The notes below the pieces were generated by a model. That model saw nothing but the letters and a program-made list of their open reading frames with translations, ran no database searches and was not told where the DNA came from. 47,404 nucleotides of DNA from Oscillospiraceae bacterium (GTDB lineage: Bacteria > Bacillota > Clostridia > Oscillospirales > Acutalibacteraceae), in the NCBI GenBank assembly GCA_902796055.1, contig CADBNM010000073.1:1-47404 (forward strand), read 5' to 3'. Every line of letters begins with the position of its first letter. Position 1 is the first letter of the stretch. The position numbers were made by a program, and so were the translations under genes. This document shows positions 27,910 to 37,941 of the stretch, one piece after another.

Positions 27910-29232
27910 ATGAAGTACGATAAATATTGGGGCGAACAAACCGACCTCGCTATCGAGCATTTTGATATAGGCGATGAAAAAATGCCTGCCGAAATCATAA
28001 CCGCTTTTGCTTACATTAAAAAAAGCGCGGCGAAAGCCAACTGCAAAATCGGCAAGTTAAGCGCCGAAAAGTGCAAGGCGATTTGCGAAGTTTGCGATAG
28101 AATAATCGAAGGCGAACTTGAAAATCAGTTTCCGCTTCATGTTTGGCAAACCGGCTCGGGCACGGGTACGAATATGAATGTAAATGAAGTTATAGCAAAC
28201 TTCGCAAACGACATTGCAGGCACAAATATCCTTCACCCGAATGACGATGTCAATATGTCGCAGTCGTCTAACGATACTTTTCCGTCAGCTATGCATATCA
28301 GCGCGGTGATTTCTGTTAAAAGCCGCCTTTTGCCCGAGATTGACGCGCTTATTGAAGCGTTCAAAGCAGTGGAAAAAGAAAGCGAGAGCGTAATAAAAAT
28401 CGGCAGAACTCATTTGCAGGACGCAACTCCGCTCAGGTTTTCTCAAGAAGTCAGCGCTTGGCGCAGTATGCTTGAAATAAATAAAAAAATGCTCCTTGAA
28501 GCGTTGGAGCATTTAAGAGCGCTTGCAGAAGGCGGAACGGCTGTAGGCACAGGCATTAACTGCCCAAAAGAATTCAGGGGCGAGTTTTTAAGTGAACTTA
28601 ATTCGGAACTTGCGGAAAACTTCAAAGCGCCCGAAAATTCTTTCCACGCCATGACTTCGCGTGATGAACTTGTGTTCGCTCACGGCGCCTTGAAAGCGCT
28701 CGCTTCAAATCTTATGAAAATTGCAAACGATGTGCGCTTTCTTGCAAGCGGACCCCGCTGCGGTTACGGCGAAATAACTATTCCCTTTAACGAAAAAGGC
28801 TCGTCGATTATGCCGGGTAAGGTTAACCCTACTCAATGCGAGCAGGTTACAATGATTGCCGTTCAGGTTATGGCTAACGATACGGCGATTGCATTTTCAA
28901 ATTCGCAGGGCAATTTTGAACTCAATGTCTATGCGCCAGTTATCATTTATAACTTCTTGCAGTCGGTTAATCTTCTTAGCGACAGTATTCACTGTTTTAC
29001 CGAATACTGCGCAAAGGGCATAAAGGCAAACGAGGATAAAATGAAAGAAAACTTAAATAAATCGCTTATGCTTGTAACTGCGCTCAATACCAAAATCGGT
29101 TACGATAAAGCGGGCGAGGTTGCAAATAAAGCTTTCGAGAGCGGACTTACTCTTAAAGAGGTTTGCTTAAATGAAAAACTGATGAGTGAAGAAGAATTCG
29201 ATTTACTCACAAATCCCGAAAAATTGGTTTAG
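27910..29232 (+). CDS. fumC: class II fumarate hydratase (aspartase/fumarase superfamily)
   Basis: SQSSNDTFPSAMHIS and GSSIMPGKVNPTQCE signatures are the FumC type rather than the AspA type. The N-terminus is ~15 aa shorter than classical FumC. Confidence 0.88.
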   Translation: MKYDKYWGEQTDLAIEHFDIGDEKMPAEIITAFAYIKKSAAKANCKIGKLSAEKCKAICEVCDRIIEGELENQFPLHVWQTGSGTGTNMNVNEVIANFANDIAGTNILHPNDDVNMSQSSNDTFPSAMHISAVISVKSRLLPEIDALIEAFKAVEKESESVIKIGRTHLQDATPLRFSQEVSAWRSMLEINKKMLLEALEHLRALAEGGTAVGTGINCPKEFRGEFLSELNSELAENFKAPENSFHAMTSRDELVFAHGALKALASNLMKIANDVRFLASGPRCGYGEITIPFNEKGSSIMPGKVNPTQCEQVTMIAVQVMANDTAIAFSNSQGNFELNVYAPVIIYNFLQSVNLLSDSIHCFTEYCAKGIKANEDKMKENLNKSLMLVTALNTKIGYDKAGEVANKAFESGLTLKEVCLNEKLMSEEEFDLLTNPEKLV

Positions 29233-29253
29233 TTAAACTTAAACCGAAAACTT

Positions 29254-29296
29254 GTCCACGCGTTGTAATTCGTAACAACGCGTGGACTCTTTTTTA
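29254..29296. terminator. bidirectional terminator between fumC and the LysR gene
   Basis: 13-bp stem gtccacgcgttgt / acaacgcgtggac, then a T-run. Overlaps the LysR stop codon. Confidence 0.8.
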
Positions 29297-30157
29297 TTGT
29301 TGCTGTATAGTCCGGCTTCTTATTGAATTGAAAAACGAAGAATATTTTTTCTTATAAGTATTCAGGCAGGCAATATAAAATGTGGCGTACGCTTCGGGTT
29401 CCTCAATCGGTATCACGGCTCTTCTGCTTTCGTAAGGCGCAGAGTGAATAAAAGCCTCTGTAGTAAAGCAGGGGAAGTCTGTTCCGTTTATTAGTTCTTC
29501 GAGCGATTCCATTGAGTTCTGAACAAGGAAGTTTGCGCCTTTCATTTTTTCGTTGCAAATGTTCTTCCAAAAACCGATATGCTCAAACAGAAGAAAACTC
29601 TCGCCTTCAAAGTCCTTAAACTTTATATACTTTCTGTTTGCAAGGCGGTGCGTCTTGGGAACGGAAATATATAAATGCTCGCTGATAAAGCGCTGGCAGA
29701 ATAATTCCTCGCTTTGGGTAGGCTTATTTAATATACCTATTTGATAAGTGTTATCAAGCAGTCCCGATTCAATTTCGTCAAGTTCGCTCAGTTCACTGGA
29801 AATAAGCATACCGCCAAAGTATTCCTGTAACAGCGGCATCAGTTCATTCATGGGAAACGGCGCGCAGGAAGCGACCGAAACACTGCGTCTGCTGCGCTCG
29901 AAGGCTTTAATTCTGCGCACCATACCGTTGTTAAGGCTTAACAGTTCGCTTGCAAGCTTCGCCGCAAGTTCACCCGTTTCGTTAAGGCTGATTTTCGCCT
30001 TGTCCCTGTCAAAAAGCGAAACGCCGAGTTCTTCTTCGATTTTCTTAATTGAGCGGCTGAGTGCAGGCTGTGAAATATGTAAGCTCTCCGCCGCCTTTGA
30101 GAGAGTTTTATGTTCAGCAAAGGCGCAAAGCTGTTCGAGTAAATAAATTTCTATCAT
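29294..30157 (-). CDS. LysR-family transcriptional regulator
   Basis: N-terminal HTH LEQLCAFAEHKTLSKAAESLHISQPALSRSIKKIEEELGVSLFDR. Divergent from the redox cluster. Confidence 0.92.
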   Translation of the reverse strand: MIEIYLLEQLCAFAEHKTLSKAAESLHISQPALSRSIKKIEEELGVSLFDRDKAKISLNETGELAAKLASELLSLNNGMVRRIKAFERSRRSVSVASCAPFPMNELMPLLQEYFGGMLISSELSELDEIESGLLDNTYQIGILNKPTQSEELFCQRFISEHLYISVPKTHRLANRKYIKFKDFEGESFLLFEHIGFWKNICNEKMKGANFLVQNSMESLEELINGTDFPCFTTEAFIHSAPYESRRAVIPIEEPEAYATFYIACLNTYKKKYSSFFNSIRSRTIQQQ

Positions 30158-30276
30158 ATTGCCACCTATAAATGAAAGTTATAGTACTATGTGTAATTGA
30201 TATTTTACATTAGCTATATTTTATCATATAATTTAGTTGTAATCAATAGCAAGTGGTATAACTTGGAGGTAACATT

Positions 30277-30765
30277 ATGTCGAAAAATCTTGTATTATAC
30301 TTTTCTGTATACGGAACGGCAAAGGCAGTTGCAGAGGAAATTGCAAAGCAGACGGGCGCTGATATTCAGGAGATTGTTCCCGTCCTTCCCTACGACAGCA
30401 ACCGTGCCAATTACAACGCTCTTGCAAATTATGCGAAGAAGGAACACGACAAGGATATGCGCCCTGCAATAAAAAATGAAATCAATATTGCGGGCTATGA
30501 TAATATCTTTATCGGTTATCCTATGTGGTGGTACACCTTCCCGATGATTATTTATACGCTGTTTGATGAACACGATTTCAGCGGTAAAACAATTATTCCG
30601 TTTAATACGCATATGGGAAGCGGCGACGGCGGAACTTATAAAACTATCGCCGAACTTGAACCGAACGCAAAGGTCTTAAAGGGTTTGCCCGTTGAAATGT
30701 CCGTAGCAGAGCGCGGCAACGAAAAAGCCGTTTCCAAATGGCTTGAGAGCTTGAAAATCAAATAA
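30277..30765 (+). CDS. flavodoxin-like protein (cytoplasmic paralog)
   Basis: LVLYFSVYGTAKAVAE, GYPMWWYTFPMII and PFNTHMGSGDGG motifs. GGAGG SD. Confidence 0.85.
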   Translation: MSKNLVLYFSVYGTAKAVAEEIAKQTGADIQEIVPVLPYDSNRANYNALANYAKKEHDKDMRPAIKNEINIAGYDNIFIGYPMWWYTFPMIIYTLFDEHDFSGKTIIPFNTHMGSGDGGTYKTIAELEPNAKVLKGLPVEMSVAERGNEKAVSKWLESLKIK

Positions 30766-30785
30766 ACAATATAGGAGTATTTAAT

Positions 30786-31625
30786 ATGGAATTTGTAACA
30801 ATGAACAACAACAAAAAATGTCCCGTTATCGGAATCGGTACATTTATGCTTTCACCCGAAGACGCCCAAAACAGTGTAAAAGAAGCCTTGAAAATGGGCT
30901 ATACACTTATTGACACTGCAAATGCTTATGTAAACGAGCGTGCAGTAGGCAGGGGAATGAGAGAAAGCGGCGTTCCCCGTGAAGATATCTTTCTGTCCAC
31001 AAAACTCTGGCCCAGTGAATACGAAAATGAAAATGCTATTGAGGAAACGCTCGAGCGACTTGGCGTTGATTATGTTGACCTTCTTTATATTCATCAGCCC
31101 GCAGGCAACCGACTTGCCGGATACCGTCTGCTTGAAAAAGCGTATAAAGAGGGTAAGGCAAAAGCGATAGGTATTTCCAATTTTGAAGGGAAATATATTG
31201 CCGAACTTGAAACAAAATGGGAAATCGCACCGCAGTTTATTCAAGTGGAAGCACATCCTTACTATACTCAGCAAGAGCTTCGCAAAACACTTGATAAATA
31301 CGGTATTAAACTGATGAGTTGGTATCCTCTCGGTCACGGCGATAAGTCCTTAATGGAAGAACCTGTTTTTGTTTCTCTCGCTGAAAAGTATAATAAAACA
31401 CCTGCGCAGATAATTCTTCGTTGGCACACACAAATGGGATTTGTTGTTATTCCGGGCAGCAAAAATGTTGCACACATTAAGGAAAATCTTGATATTCTCG
31501 ATTTCACTCTGACAGATGAAGAAATGAAGAAAATTGCAGAACTTGACAAAGGGGAACGATATTATCACCGAACGGATGAACAACTTGTTCAGTTTGCGGC
31601 TTGGCATCCCGACTATGAAAAATAA
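30786..31625 (+). CDS. aldo/keto reductase
   Basis: IGIGTF, IDTANAY, LSTKLW and PGSKNVAHIKEN motifs. Confidence 0.92.
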   Translation: MEFVTMNNNKKCPVIGIGTFMLSPEDAQNSVKEALKMGYTLIDTANAYVNERAVGRGMRESGVPREDIFLSTKLWPSEYENENAIEETLERLGVDYVDLLYIHQPAGNRLAGYRLLEKAYKEGKAKAIGISNFEGKYIAELETKWEIAPQFIQVEAHPYYTQQELRKTLDKYGIKLMSWYPLGHGDKSLMEEPVFVSLAEKYNKTPAQIILRWHTQMGFVVIPGSKNVAHIKENLDILDFTLTDEEMKKIAELDKGERYYHRTDEQLVQFAAWHPDYEK

Positions 31626-31641
31626 GTAAGGAGATATGATT

Positions 31642-32265
31642 ATGAAAAAAATATTGAGTATCGTTTTGGTTTTTTCGTTATTATTCGCTTTTAGCGCTTG
31701 CGGTTCCAAAACACAACCGACCTCGCAAGCACAAAGCGAAACCGACGCAACCGACACACAGGCACAAACAAACGAAGCTTCGAGTGGCGGCAAGAAGATT
31801 TTAACCGTCTATTTCTCATGGAGCGGTAATACGGAAACTTTTGCAAATTATATTCATAGTACCGTTGGCGGCGATATAGTAAGAATAAACCCTGTTAAAG
31901 CCTATCCCGATAATTACAATGATGTTGCCGATTATGCGAAAGAAGAAAGAGATAATAAAGCCAGACCGGAGTTTAAAGACCTCGGTGTGAACCCGGAAGA
32001 TTACGATGTCGTTTTTGTCGGTTACCCCATTTGGTGGTACACTATGCCGATGATTATGTTTACTTTCTTTGAAAAATATGATTTTTCGTCTAAAACAATA
32101 ATTCCTTTCAATACTCACGAAGGTAGCGGCGATAGCGGCACTTATGATACGATTAAAGAATTGGAGCCGAACGCTACGGTTCTTGAAGGTCACGCTGTTA
32201 GCGGAGGTTCCATAGGCAGTGCCGAGAGTGAAGTGAAAGATTGGCTTGCCGGCTTAAAATATTAA
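31642..32265 (+). CDS. flavodoxin-like lipoprotein (exported paralog of 30277-30765)
   Basis: Signal peptide plus lipobox (LLFAFSACGS), a T/S/Q-rich linker, then a flavodoxin-like domain (ILTVYFSWSGNTE, GYPIWWYTMPMIM, PFNTHEGSGDSG). ATG 31642 is better spaced from AAGGAGA than ATG 31636. Confidence 0.85.
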   Translation: MKKILSIVLVFSLLFAFSACGSKTQPTSQAQSETDATDTQAQTNEASSGGKKILTVYFSWSGNTETFANYIHSTVGGDIVRINPVKAYPDNYNDVADYAKEERDNKARPEFKDLGVNPEDYDVVFVGYPIWWYTMPMIMFTFFEKYDFSSKTIIPFNTHEGSGDSGTYDTIKELEPNATVLEGHAVSGGSIGSAESEVKDWLAGLKY

Positions 32266-32409
32266 GAACAAAAAATCATTAATATATCCGGCTGTTTTTA
32301 AATTTAAAATATTTGATATAATTGATTACACAGAGCAATAAATAAACCGCTGAATTTATAATATAGGCGTTCGGATTTATCCGGTTCTGCTTAAAGGAGG
32401 AGAGCGTAT

Positions 32410-33165
32410 ATGAATAAAAGAATAACTCAAACCGCAGGAAGAGAGCAACTCGGCGACTTTTCGCCAATGTTTGCGCATATTAACGATGATGTTCTTTTCG
32501 GTGAAGTCTGGAATGAACAAGCGCTTAATATAAAAACAAAATGTATTGTAACCGTTGTTTCACTTATGGCAAGCGGCATTACTGACAGTTCTCTGAAATA
32601 TCATCTGCAAAACGCTAAAAATAACGGCGTAACAAAAGAAGAAATTTCCGCAATAATTACGCACTGTACAATGTATACGGGTTGGCCAAAGGGCTGGGCG
32701 GTATTTCGTCTTGCAAAAGAAATATGGGCGGATGAAAGCACGCGCTTAACCGATAAAGAGCGCTTTCAAAACGAGATAATGTTTCCGATTGGCGAGCCGA
32801 ATCCTTACGGTGAGTTTTTTGTCGGTCAGAGTTATCTTGCTCCTGTTTCATCAGAGCAACTTCCGATTTTCAATGTTACTTTTGAGCCCGGCTGTCGCAA
32901 TAACTGGCATATTCACCACGCAAAAAACGCCGGCGGTCAGCTTCTTATCTGCGTTGGCGGGCGCGGATATTATCAGGAATGGGGCAAAGAGGCTGTTGCT
33001 GTGAATGAGGGAACGCTCATAAATATTCCTGCCGAGGTAAAGCATTGGCACGGTGCGGCAAAGGATTCGTGGTTTGCACACCTCGCCATTGAAATTCCGG
33101 GCGAGCAGGCGAGCACAGAATGGTGCGAACCCGTTTCACAAAGCGATTATAACTTACTTAAATAA
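32410..33165 (+). CDS. carboxymuconolactone decarboxylase-family domain fused to a cupin domain
   Basis: The N-terminal CMD-like region (FGEVWNEQALNIKTKCIVTVVSLMASG) and the C-terminal cupin (NNWHIHH...GG..YY......V..G....IP..VKHWHGA) are both visible. Confidence 0.85.
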   Translation: MNKRITQTAGREQLGDFSPMFAHINDDVLFGEVWNEQALNIKTKCIVTVVSLMASGITDSSLKYHLQNAKNNGVTKEEISAIITHCTMYTGWPKGWAVFRLAKEIWADESTRLTDKERFQNEIMFPIGEPNPYGEFFVGQSYLAPVSSEQLPIFNVTFEPGCRNNWHIHHAKNAGGQLLICVGGRGYYQEWGKEAVAVNEGTLINIPAEVKHWHGAAKDSWFAHLAIEIPGEQASTEWCEPVSQSDYNLLK

Positions 33166-33182
33166 TACTTGAGGTAATGTCT

Positions 33183-33848
33183 ATGAAAACGGCAAGCAAA
33201 AGAAAAATTCAAATAATTGTTGATGTTTTAATGACTGCTGTTTTGCTTGTTTTAATGTCTTACAGTATAGCGGGAGAGCTGATTCATGAAATTTTGGGAA
33301 TATCGCTTTTTATTTTATTTACGGCGCACCATATATTCTCTTTGAATCTCACAAAGGCGCTGTTTAAAGGAAAAATAACGCCAACGAAAATCATAAAAAT
33401 TATTTGCGATATTTTGATGGCTATTTTTATGCTTATCATGCTTTTAAGCGCGCTTTCCGTTTCAAAATATGTTTTTGCTTTTTTAGGCATTAACTTTTTA
33501 TCGGCTCTTGCAAGAAACGCCCACACATTCGGCGCTTATTGGCTTTTTGCACTCATAAGCATTCATATAGGGTTTCACCTTGATTTTATGCTTGCAAAGC
33601 CAATGAAAAATAAAAAGAAAAAAACAGTTGTTTTGCTCACTGTGAGCGCGCTGTTTTTATCGGGTTTAGCTGTATTTTTTAAAGAAGGTATATATAACTA
33701 TATGTTTTTAATAAATAAGTTTGTATTTTTTGATACTCGGAGCGGTATTTTGCTATTTATCTTAAAATATATAAGTATTATGTGTATGTTTTCCATTTTC
33801 GGATTAGCATTATTAAAATTTACAAAAATTAAAAAAGGAGAGAAATAA
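33183..33848 (+). CDS. DUF4405-type polytopic membrane protein (conserved His residues, b-type-cytochrome-like)
   Basis: Four to six TM segments with His in TM regions (IHEILG, FTAHHIF, NAHTFG, IHIGFH). ATG 33183 is 7 nt after GAGGT. Confidence 0.7.
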   Translation: MKTASKRKIQIIVDVLMTAVLLVLMSYSIAGELIHEILGISLFILFTAHHIFSLNLTKALFKGKITPTKIIKIICDILMAIFMLIMLLSALSVSKYVFAFLGINFLSALARNAHTFGAYWLFALISIHIGFHLDFMLAKPMKNKKKKTVVLLTVSALFLSGLAVFFKEGIYNYMFLINKFVFFDTRSGILLFILKYISIMCMFSIFGLALLKFTKIKKGEK

Positions 33849-33850
33849 AA

Positions 33851-34420
33851 ATGAAAAAAGATTTAGGTGTGAAGCCGGCGGTATATCCTATGCCCGTGCT
33901 TATGGTTGCAACTTATGATGAAAACGGAGTTGTTGATGTTATGAACGCGGCGTGGGGAATGATATGCAGTTCGGATAAAATTACTTTGTCACTTACCGAA
34001 ACTCACAAAACAGTAAAAAACATTAAACTCAACAAGGCGTTCACAGTAAGTCTTGCCGATGTTAAAAACATTAAAGAAGCGGACTTTTTCGGTATTGCTT
34101 CGGGCAACACTATGGCTGATAAGTTTGAAAGAAGCGGTATGACTGCAATAAAGAGCGAGCGTGTTAACGCTCCCATTATTGATGAATTTCCTATTACAAT
34201 GGAATGTGAACTTGCAGAAATCATTGATACCGATAACGTTTACAGCATAATCGGCAAAATCGTAAATGTATCCGCCAATGAAGATGTGCTTGATGAGAAG
34301 GGCGGCATAGATATTACTAAAACAGGCGTTTTGATGTTTGACCAGTTCAGAGCAGGCTACTATGTAACGGGCGAAAAAGTCGGTCAGGCGTGGTCGTCGG
34401 GCAAAGAACTTATGGATTAA
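33851..34420 (+). CDS. flavin reductase-like (FMN-binding split-barrel) protein
   Basis: VYPMPVLMVATYDENGVVDVMNAAWG, the typical flavin reductase domain N-terminus. Confidence 0.85.
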   Translation: MKKDLGVKPAVYPMPVLMVATYDENGVVDVMNAAWGMICSSDKITLSLTETHKTVKNIKLNKAFTVSLADVKNIKEADFFGIASGNTMADKFERSGMTAIKSERVNAPIIDEFPITMECELAEIIDTDNVYSIIGKIVNVSANEDVLDEKGGIDITKTGVLMFDQFRAGYYVTGEKVGQAWSSGKELMD

Positions 34421-34423
34421 AAA

Positions 34424-34460
34424 GCAAAAACCCGTGCTTATTAAGCACGGGATTATTTTT
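34424..34460. terminator. bidirectional Rho-independent terminator
   Basis: Stem cccgtgctta / taagcacggg, with an A-run before and a T-run after. Confidence 0.85.
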
Positions 34461-34479
34461 GCGTTAGTTGTAAGAAAAC

Positions 34480-34734
34480 TTATGCGTTCGCCTTCTTAGC
34501 AAGTGCGGACTTTTTGTTTGCTGCGTTATTCTTGTGAATAAGTCCTTTGGAAGCAGCCTTGTCAATCATCTTATAAGTGTCGTTAAGAATTTGGTCTTTA
34601 TCTGCACTGTTTTCTGCGATAGCAGCATTAGCCTTCTTGAGCTGAGTTTTAAGAGCTGAATTTCTTGCCTTGTTTCTCTCGGCTCTGGTTCTGTTTACGA
34701 GAACTCTTTTTTTAGCAGATTTAATGTTTGCCAT
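34480..34734 (-). CDS. rpsT: 30S ribosomal protein S20
   Basis: MANIKSAKKRVLVNRTRAERNKARNSALKT. Start at ATG 34734 with a GAGGAGG SD. Confidence 0.95.
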   Translation of the reverse strand: MANIKSAKKRVLVNRTRAERNKARNSALKTQLKKANAAIAENSADKDQILNDTYKMIDKAASKGLIHKNNAANKKSALAKKANA

Positions 34735-34874
34735 TTCCACACCTCCTCGATTTTTTAATATAAGACTTATAAATAATATCATTAGTTTTCTTAAAATGCA
34801 AGAACTTTTTTAAAAAATGCTTCATTTTCTTTAAAAAGCTCATTTTTAGCGTGTCACAACTCGCCGGAAAGCGC

Positions 34875-35732
34875 CTATAAAAGGTCGTTTATTTCATCTA
34901 TAGTGTAAGCGGGCTGGAGGGCTGCGTTAATGCTTTCGGATATTATTTTAGCCGAGCGCTCAATAATTAAATCAATTTCTCTCGGGGTTACAAACATTTC
35001 GCTTATGCTTTGCGGAAGATTTGCGTTTTCTCCCGCTGCGTCGCCCGCAAGTGTAAGAGCGTCAACAACCGTCGGCACGCCGATTGAAATAACGGGCACG
35101 CCGAGGCTTTCCCCGTTTACTGCCTTTCTGGAGTTGCCGACGCCGGAGCCGGGGCAGATTCCGCTTGAAGCAAGCTGCACCGTTTTTCCGAGCCTTTCGG
35201 CGCTTCTTGCGGCAAAGGCGTCTATAACTATAACTGCGCTCGGCTTTACCGTGTTCACCGCGCCTTTGATTATTTCGAGCGTTTCGATTCCCGTTTTGCC
35301 GAGCACTCCCGGAGCGAGCACCGCCACGGGCTTTAAATCCTCAAAATCGTTCTCAGCCAAAATTTCGCTTCTGATGTGCCTTGTTGCAAGTACATTTTTT
35401 GAAGCAAACGGACCTAAGGCGTCGGGCGTAATGTCCCTGTTGCCGAGTCCCACCACGAGCACCGTACCCTGCTTTTTAGGCAGCAGGTGCCTTAGTCGCG
35501 TGCATATTAGCTTCACCGTTATATTGTCCGTACTGTTCTCCGAGTATTCGGGCAGCGTAAAGGTGTAATATGTGCCCTTAGGCTTACCCAAAAGCCGCTC
35601 GCCGATTTCGTTTTCCACCGTTATTGTGTTTATAATTATTTCGCCGTATTTTTCTTCTTTTGCGCTCACGCCGCCCGTTTTTTTATTCAAATCTGTTTTG
35701 AGCTCGCACGCAAGGTCGGTTCTGAAATTCAT
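34875..35732 (-). CDS. gpr: GPR endopeptidase (spore germination protease)
   Basis: MNFRTDLACE N-terminus and VVGLGNRDITPDALGP motif. Conserved position next to rpsT and spoIIP. Confidence 0.9.
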   Translation of the reverse strand: MNFRTDLACELKTDLNKKTGGVSAKEEKYGEIIINTITVENEIGERLLGKPKGTYYTFTLPEYSENSTDNITVKLICTRLRHLLPKKQGTVLVVGLGNRDITPDALGPFASKNVLATRHIRSEILAENDFEDLKPVAVLAPGVLGKTGIETLEIIKGAVNTVKPSAVIVIDAFAARSAERLGKTVQLASSGICPGSGVGNSRKAVNGESLGVPVISIGVPTVVDALTLAGDAAGENANLPQSISEMFVTPREIDLIIERSAKIISESINAALQPAYTIDEINDLL

Positions 35733-35828
35733 AATATCACCATTAATATATATTTTCAGAATATGCTCACTTATTCTAAAATAATTCATAATTTGTCCGC
35801 CTTTTTCATACTTATTAGCGGTGAGAAT

Positions 35829-36941
35829 ATGAAAAATAAGGATATTTTAATAACTGTAACAGCGGTGGCTTTGGCTCTTTCGCTCATAGCCTTTTTTATT
35901 CCCGATAAAGAGCTTGCGTGCGTAAATTTTTTGGCGGCAACGCTTAAAATTAATCTCAGAGAAAGTCAAACGCAGTTTAAGGAAAGCTACTTAAATCTTA
36001 ATAATTTGGTGCAAAACGAGCTTGGCAATCCCTTAAAAAAAGAAGTAAAACAAACTCCTGAAAAATATACTCAGCCGAGCGAAACAGACCCCGATATCGC
36101 CGAGAGAATCAAGTCCTTTAAAGCGAAAAAGAATAAGAAGGCGGCGGGCAAGGTTTATGAGCGCACATTTACCAATATGAACTCGCAGGTGCAGTACGGT
36201 AAAATCAAGGTGCAAAACCGCACCGAAAAAAAGATAAATATTAAAAAGATACTCGCCGAGGGCGCGCGCCTTAAAATTAAAGATAAATCAAAGCCTACCG
36301 TCTTAATTTACCATACTCACACTCACGAAAGCTTTGTCACTCTTGAGGGTGGCGTTTATTATAAGGGCGAAACCACGCAGTCCTCGGATAAATCGGAAAA
36401 TATAGTAAGGGTGGGCGACGCAATAGTCGAGCGCCTGCAAAAAGCGGGTTATAATGTGATTCACGACACCGCCTTTTATGACGATGACTATAATAACGCC
36501 TATAAACACTCTGGCGTGGGGATTGATAAAATTTTAAAAAAATACCCCACAATAGATGTCGCTATTGATATTCATAGAGACTCCATAGGCGTTGAGGGCG
36601 ATGAAAAAGGCAGAACATCCGCCGTCAATACCATAGCCGGCAAAAAGGCGGCGCAGATTATGATAGTAACGGGCTGCGAGGAGGATTTTATAAAGGATTT
36701 CCCGAATTGGTACGATAATCTTCACTTCGCAATAGGGCTTCAAAATCAGTTGCAACAGGACTTTGAGGGGCTTGCAAGACCTGTCTATTTTGCCGATAGA
36801 AAATATAATATGTATAAGACCAAGAATTCCGTTTTAATCGAGGTCGGCTCGGACGGCAACACCTTGGAGCAAGCCGTTTACAGCGGTAAAATGCTCGGCG
36901 AAAGCCTTGCAAAGTATCTTGATAATTACATTGAAAAATAG
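35829..36941 (+). CDS. spoIIP: stage II sporulation protein P
   Basis: N-terminal TM segment. VLIYHTHTHESF and DIHRDS motifs typical of SpoIIP. Confidence 0.9.
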   Translation: MKNKDILITVTAVALALSLIAFFIPDKELACVNFLAATLKINLRESQTQFKESYLNLNNLVQNELGNPLKKEVKQTPEKYTQPSETDPDIAERIKSFKAKKNKKAAGKVYERTFTNMNSQVQYGKIKVQNRTEKKINIKKILAEGARLKIKDKSKPTVLIYHTHTHESFVTLEGGVYYKGETTQSSDKSENIVRVGDAIVERLQKAGYNVIHDTAFYDDDYNNAYKHSGVGIDKILKKYPTIDVAIDIHRDSIGVEGDEKGRTSAVNTIAGKKAAQIMIVTGCEEDFIKDFPNWYDNLHFAIGLQNQLQQDFEGLARPVYFADRKYNMYKTKNSVLIEVGSDGNTLEQAVYSGKMLGESLAKYLDNYIEK

Positions 36942-36965
36942 CCGTCTTTTTGCTATAATCTAATT

Positions 36966-37901
36966 ATGTTAAAGGAAAAGGTTTTAAAAATTTTAGCTGA
37001 GAATAGAGGCGAATGTCTTTCGGGACAGTCTATTGCCGCAGCTTGCGGCGTGTCGCGAAACGCAGTCTGGAAAGCGGTAAACGCCCTGCAAAAGGAGGGC
37101 GTAGGCATTGTGTCGCTCAAAAATAAAGGCTATGCTTTGAGTGAAAACGCGCTTTTAGAAAGCGACATAACTCTCCCCGAAAATACCCGCTTTTTTCTGT
37201 ATAACAGCGTCGACAGTACTAATAACGAAGCAAAACGCCTGCTTGCAAAGGGCATAAAGGAAAACGCCGTTATTATAGCGAATGAGCAGACGGCGGGCAG
37301 GGGAAGGCTCGGCAGGGATTTTTATTCGCCTAAGGATACGGGACTTTATTTTTCCTATCTTTTTCACCCGAATAAATCCCTCTCCGATACCGTTTTTATC
37401 ACCACTGCCGCGGCGGTAAGCGTGGTAAGGGCGATAGAGAAAATAAGCACTTTAAAGCCCGAAATCAAGTGGGTAAACGATGTTTATCTCGGCGGCAGAA
37501 AAATCTGCGGAATACTCACCGAAGCGATAAGCGACTTTGAAAGCGGCGTTGCCCAGAGCGTAATCGTCGGTATAGGTATAAATGTAAATACCGCCGATTT
37601 CCCCGAAAGCATTGAGAAAACGGCGGCAAGCCTTAATGATAAAAGTATAACAAGACCCAAAATCGCACAGGCGCTTGCAGATGAAATCATAAAAGTAGCG
37701 CATGATTTGTCAGCGCCCGATATTTTGGAGGACTACCGAGCACACTCGCTCGTACTCGGCAAAAAAATAACCTATATCAAAAACGGCGAAACTTTCACCG
37801 CCATAGCCGACTCCATCGGCGATAAAGGTGAACTGATAGTCAAAACCCCAACCGGCGACCACCAAACTCTCTCCTCGGGTGAAATTTCTGTAAGACTGTA
37901 A
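36966..37901 (+). CDS. birA: bifunctional biotin-[acetyl-CoA-carboxylase] ligase / biotin operon repressor
   Basis: N-terminal HTH (SGQSIAAACGVSRNAVWKAVNALQKEG), the GRGRLGRDFYSP ligase motif and KWVNDVY. Confidence 0.93.
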   Translation: MLKEKVLKILAENRGECLSGQSIAAACGVSRNAVWKAVNALQKEGVGIVSLKNKGYALSENALLESDITLPENTRFFLYNSVDSTNNEAKRLLAKGIKENAVIIANEQTAGRGRLGRDFYSPKDTGLYFSYLFHPNKSLSDTVFITTAAAVSVVRAIEKISTLKPEIKWVNDVYLGGRKICGILTEAISDFESGVAQSVIVGIGINVNTADFPESIEKTAASLNDKSITRPKIAQALADEIIKVAHDLSAPDILEDYRAHSLVLGKKITYIKNGETFTAIADSIGDKGELIVKTPTGDHQTLSSGEISVRL

Positions 37902-37940
37902 AAAAAAGAAAAACTTGCGGCTGCAAGTTTTTCTTTTTTG
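37902..37940. terminator. bidirectional Rho-independent terminator
   Basis: Stem gaaaaacttgc / gcaagtttttc, flanked by A- and T-runs. Serves birA (+) and the LRR gene (-). Confidence 0.85.
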
Positions 37941-37941
37941 T

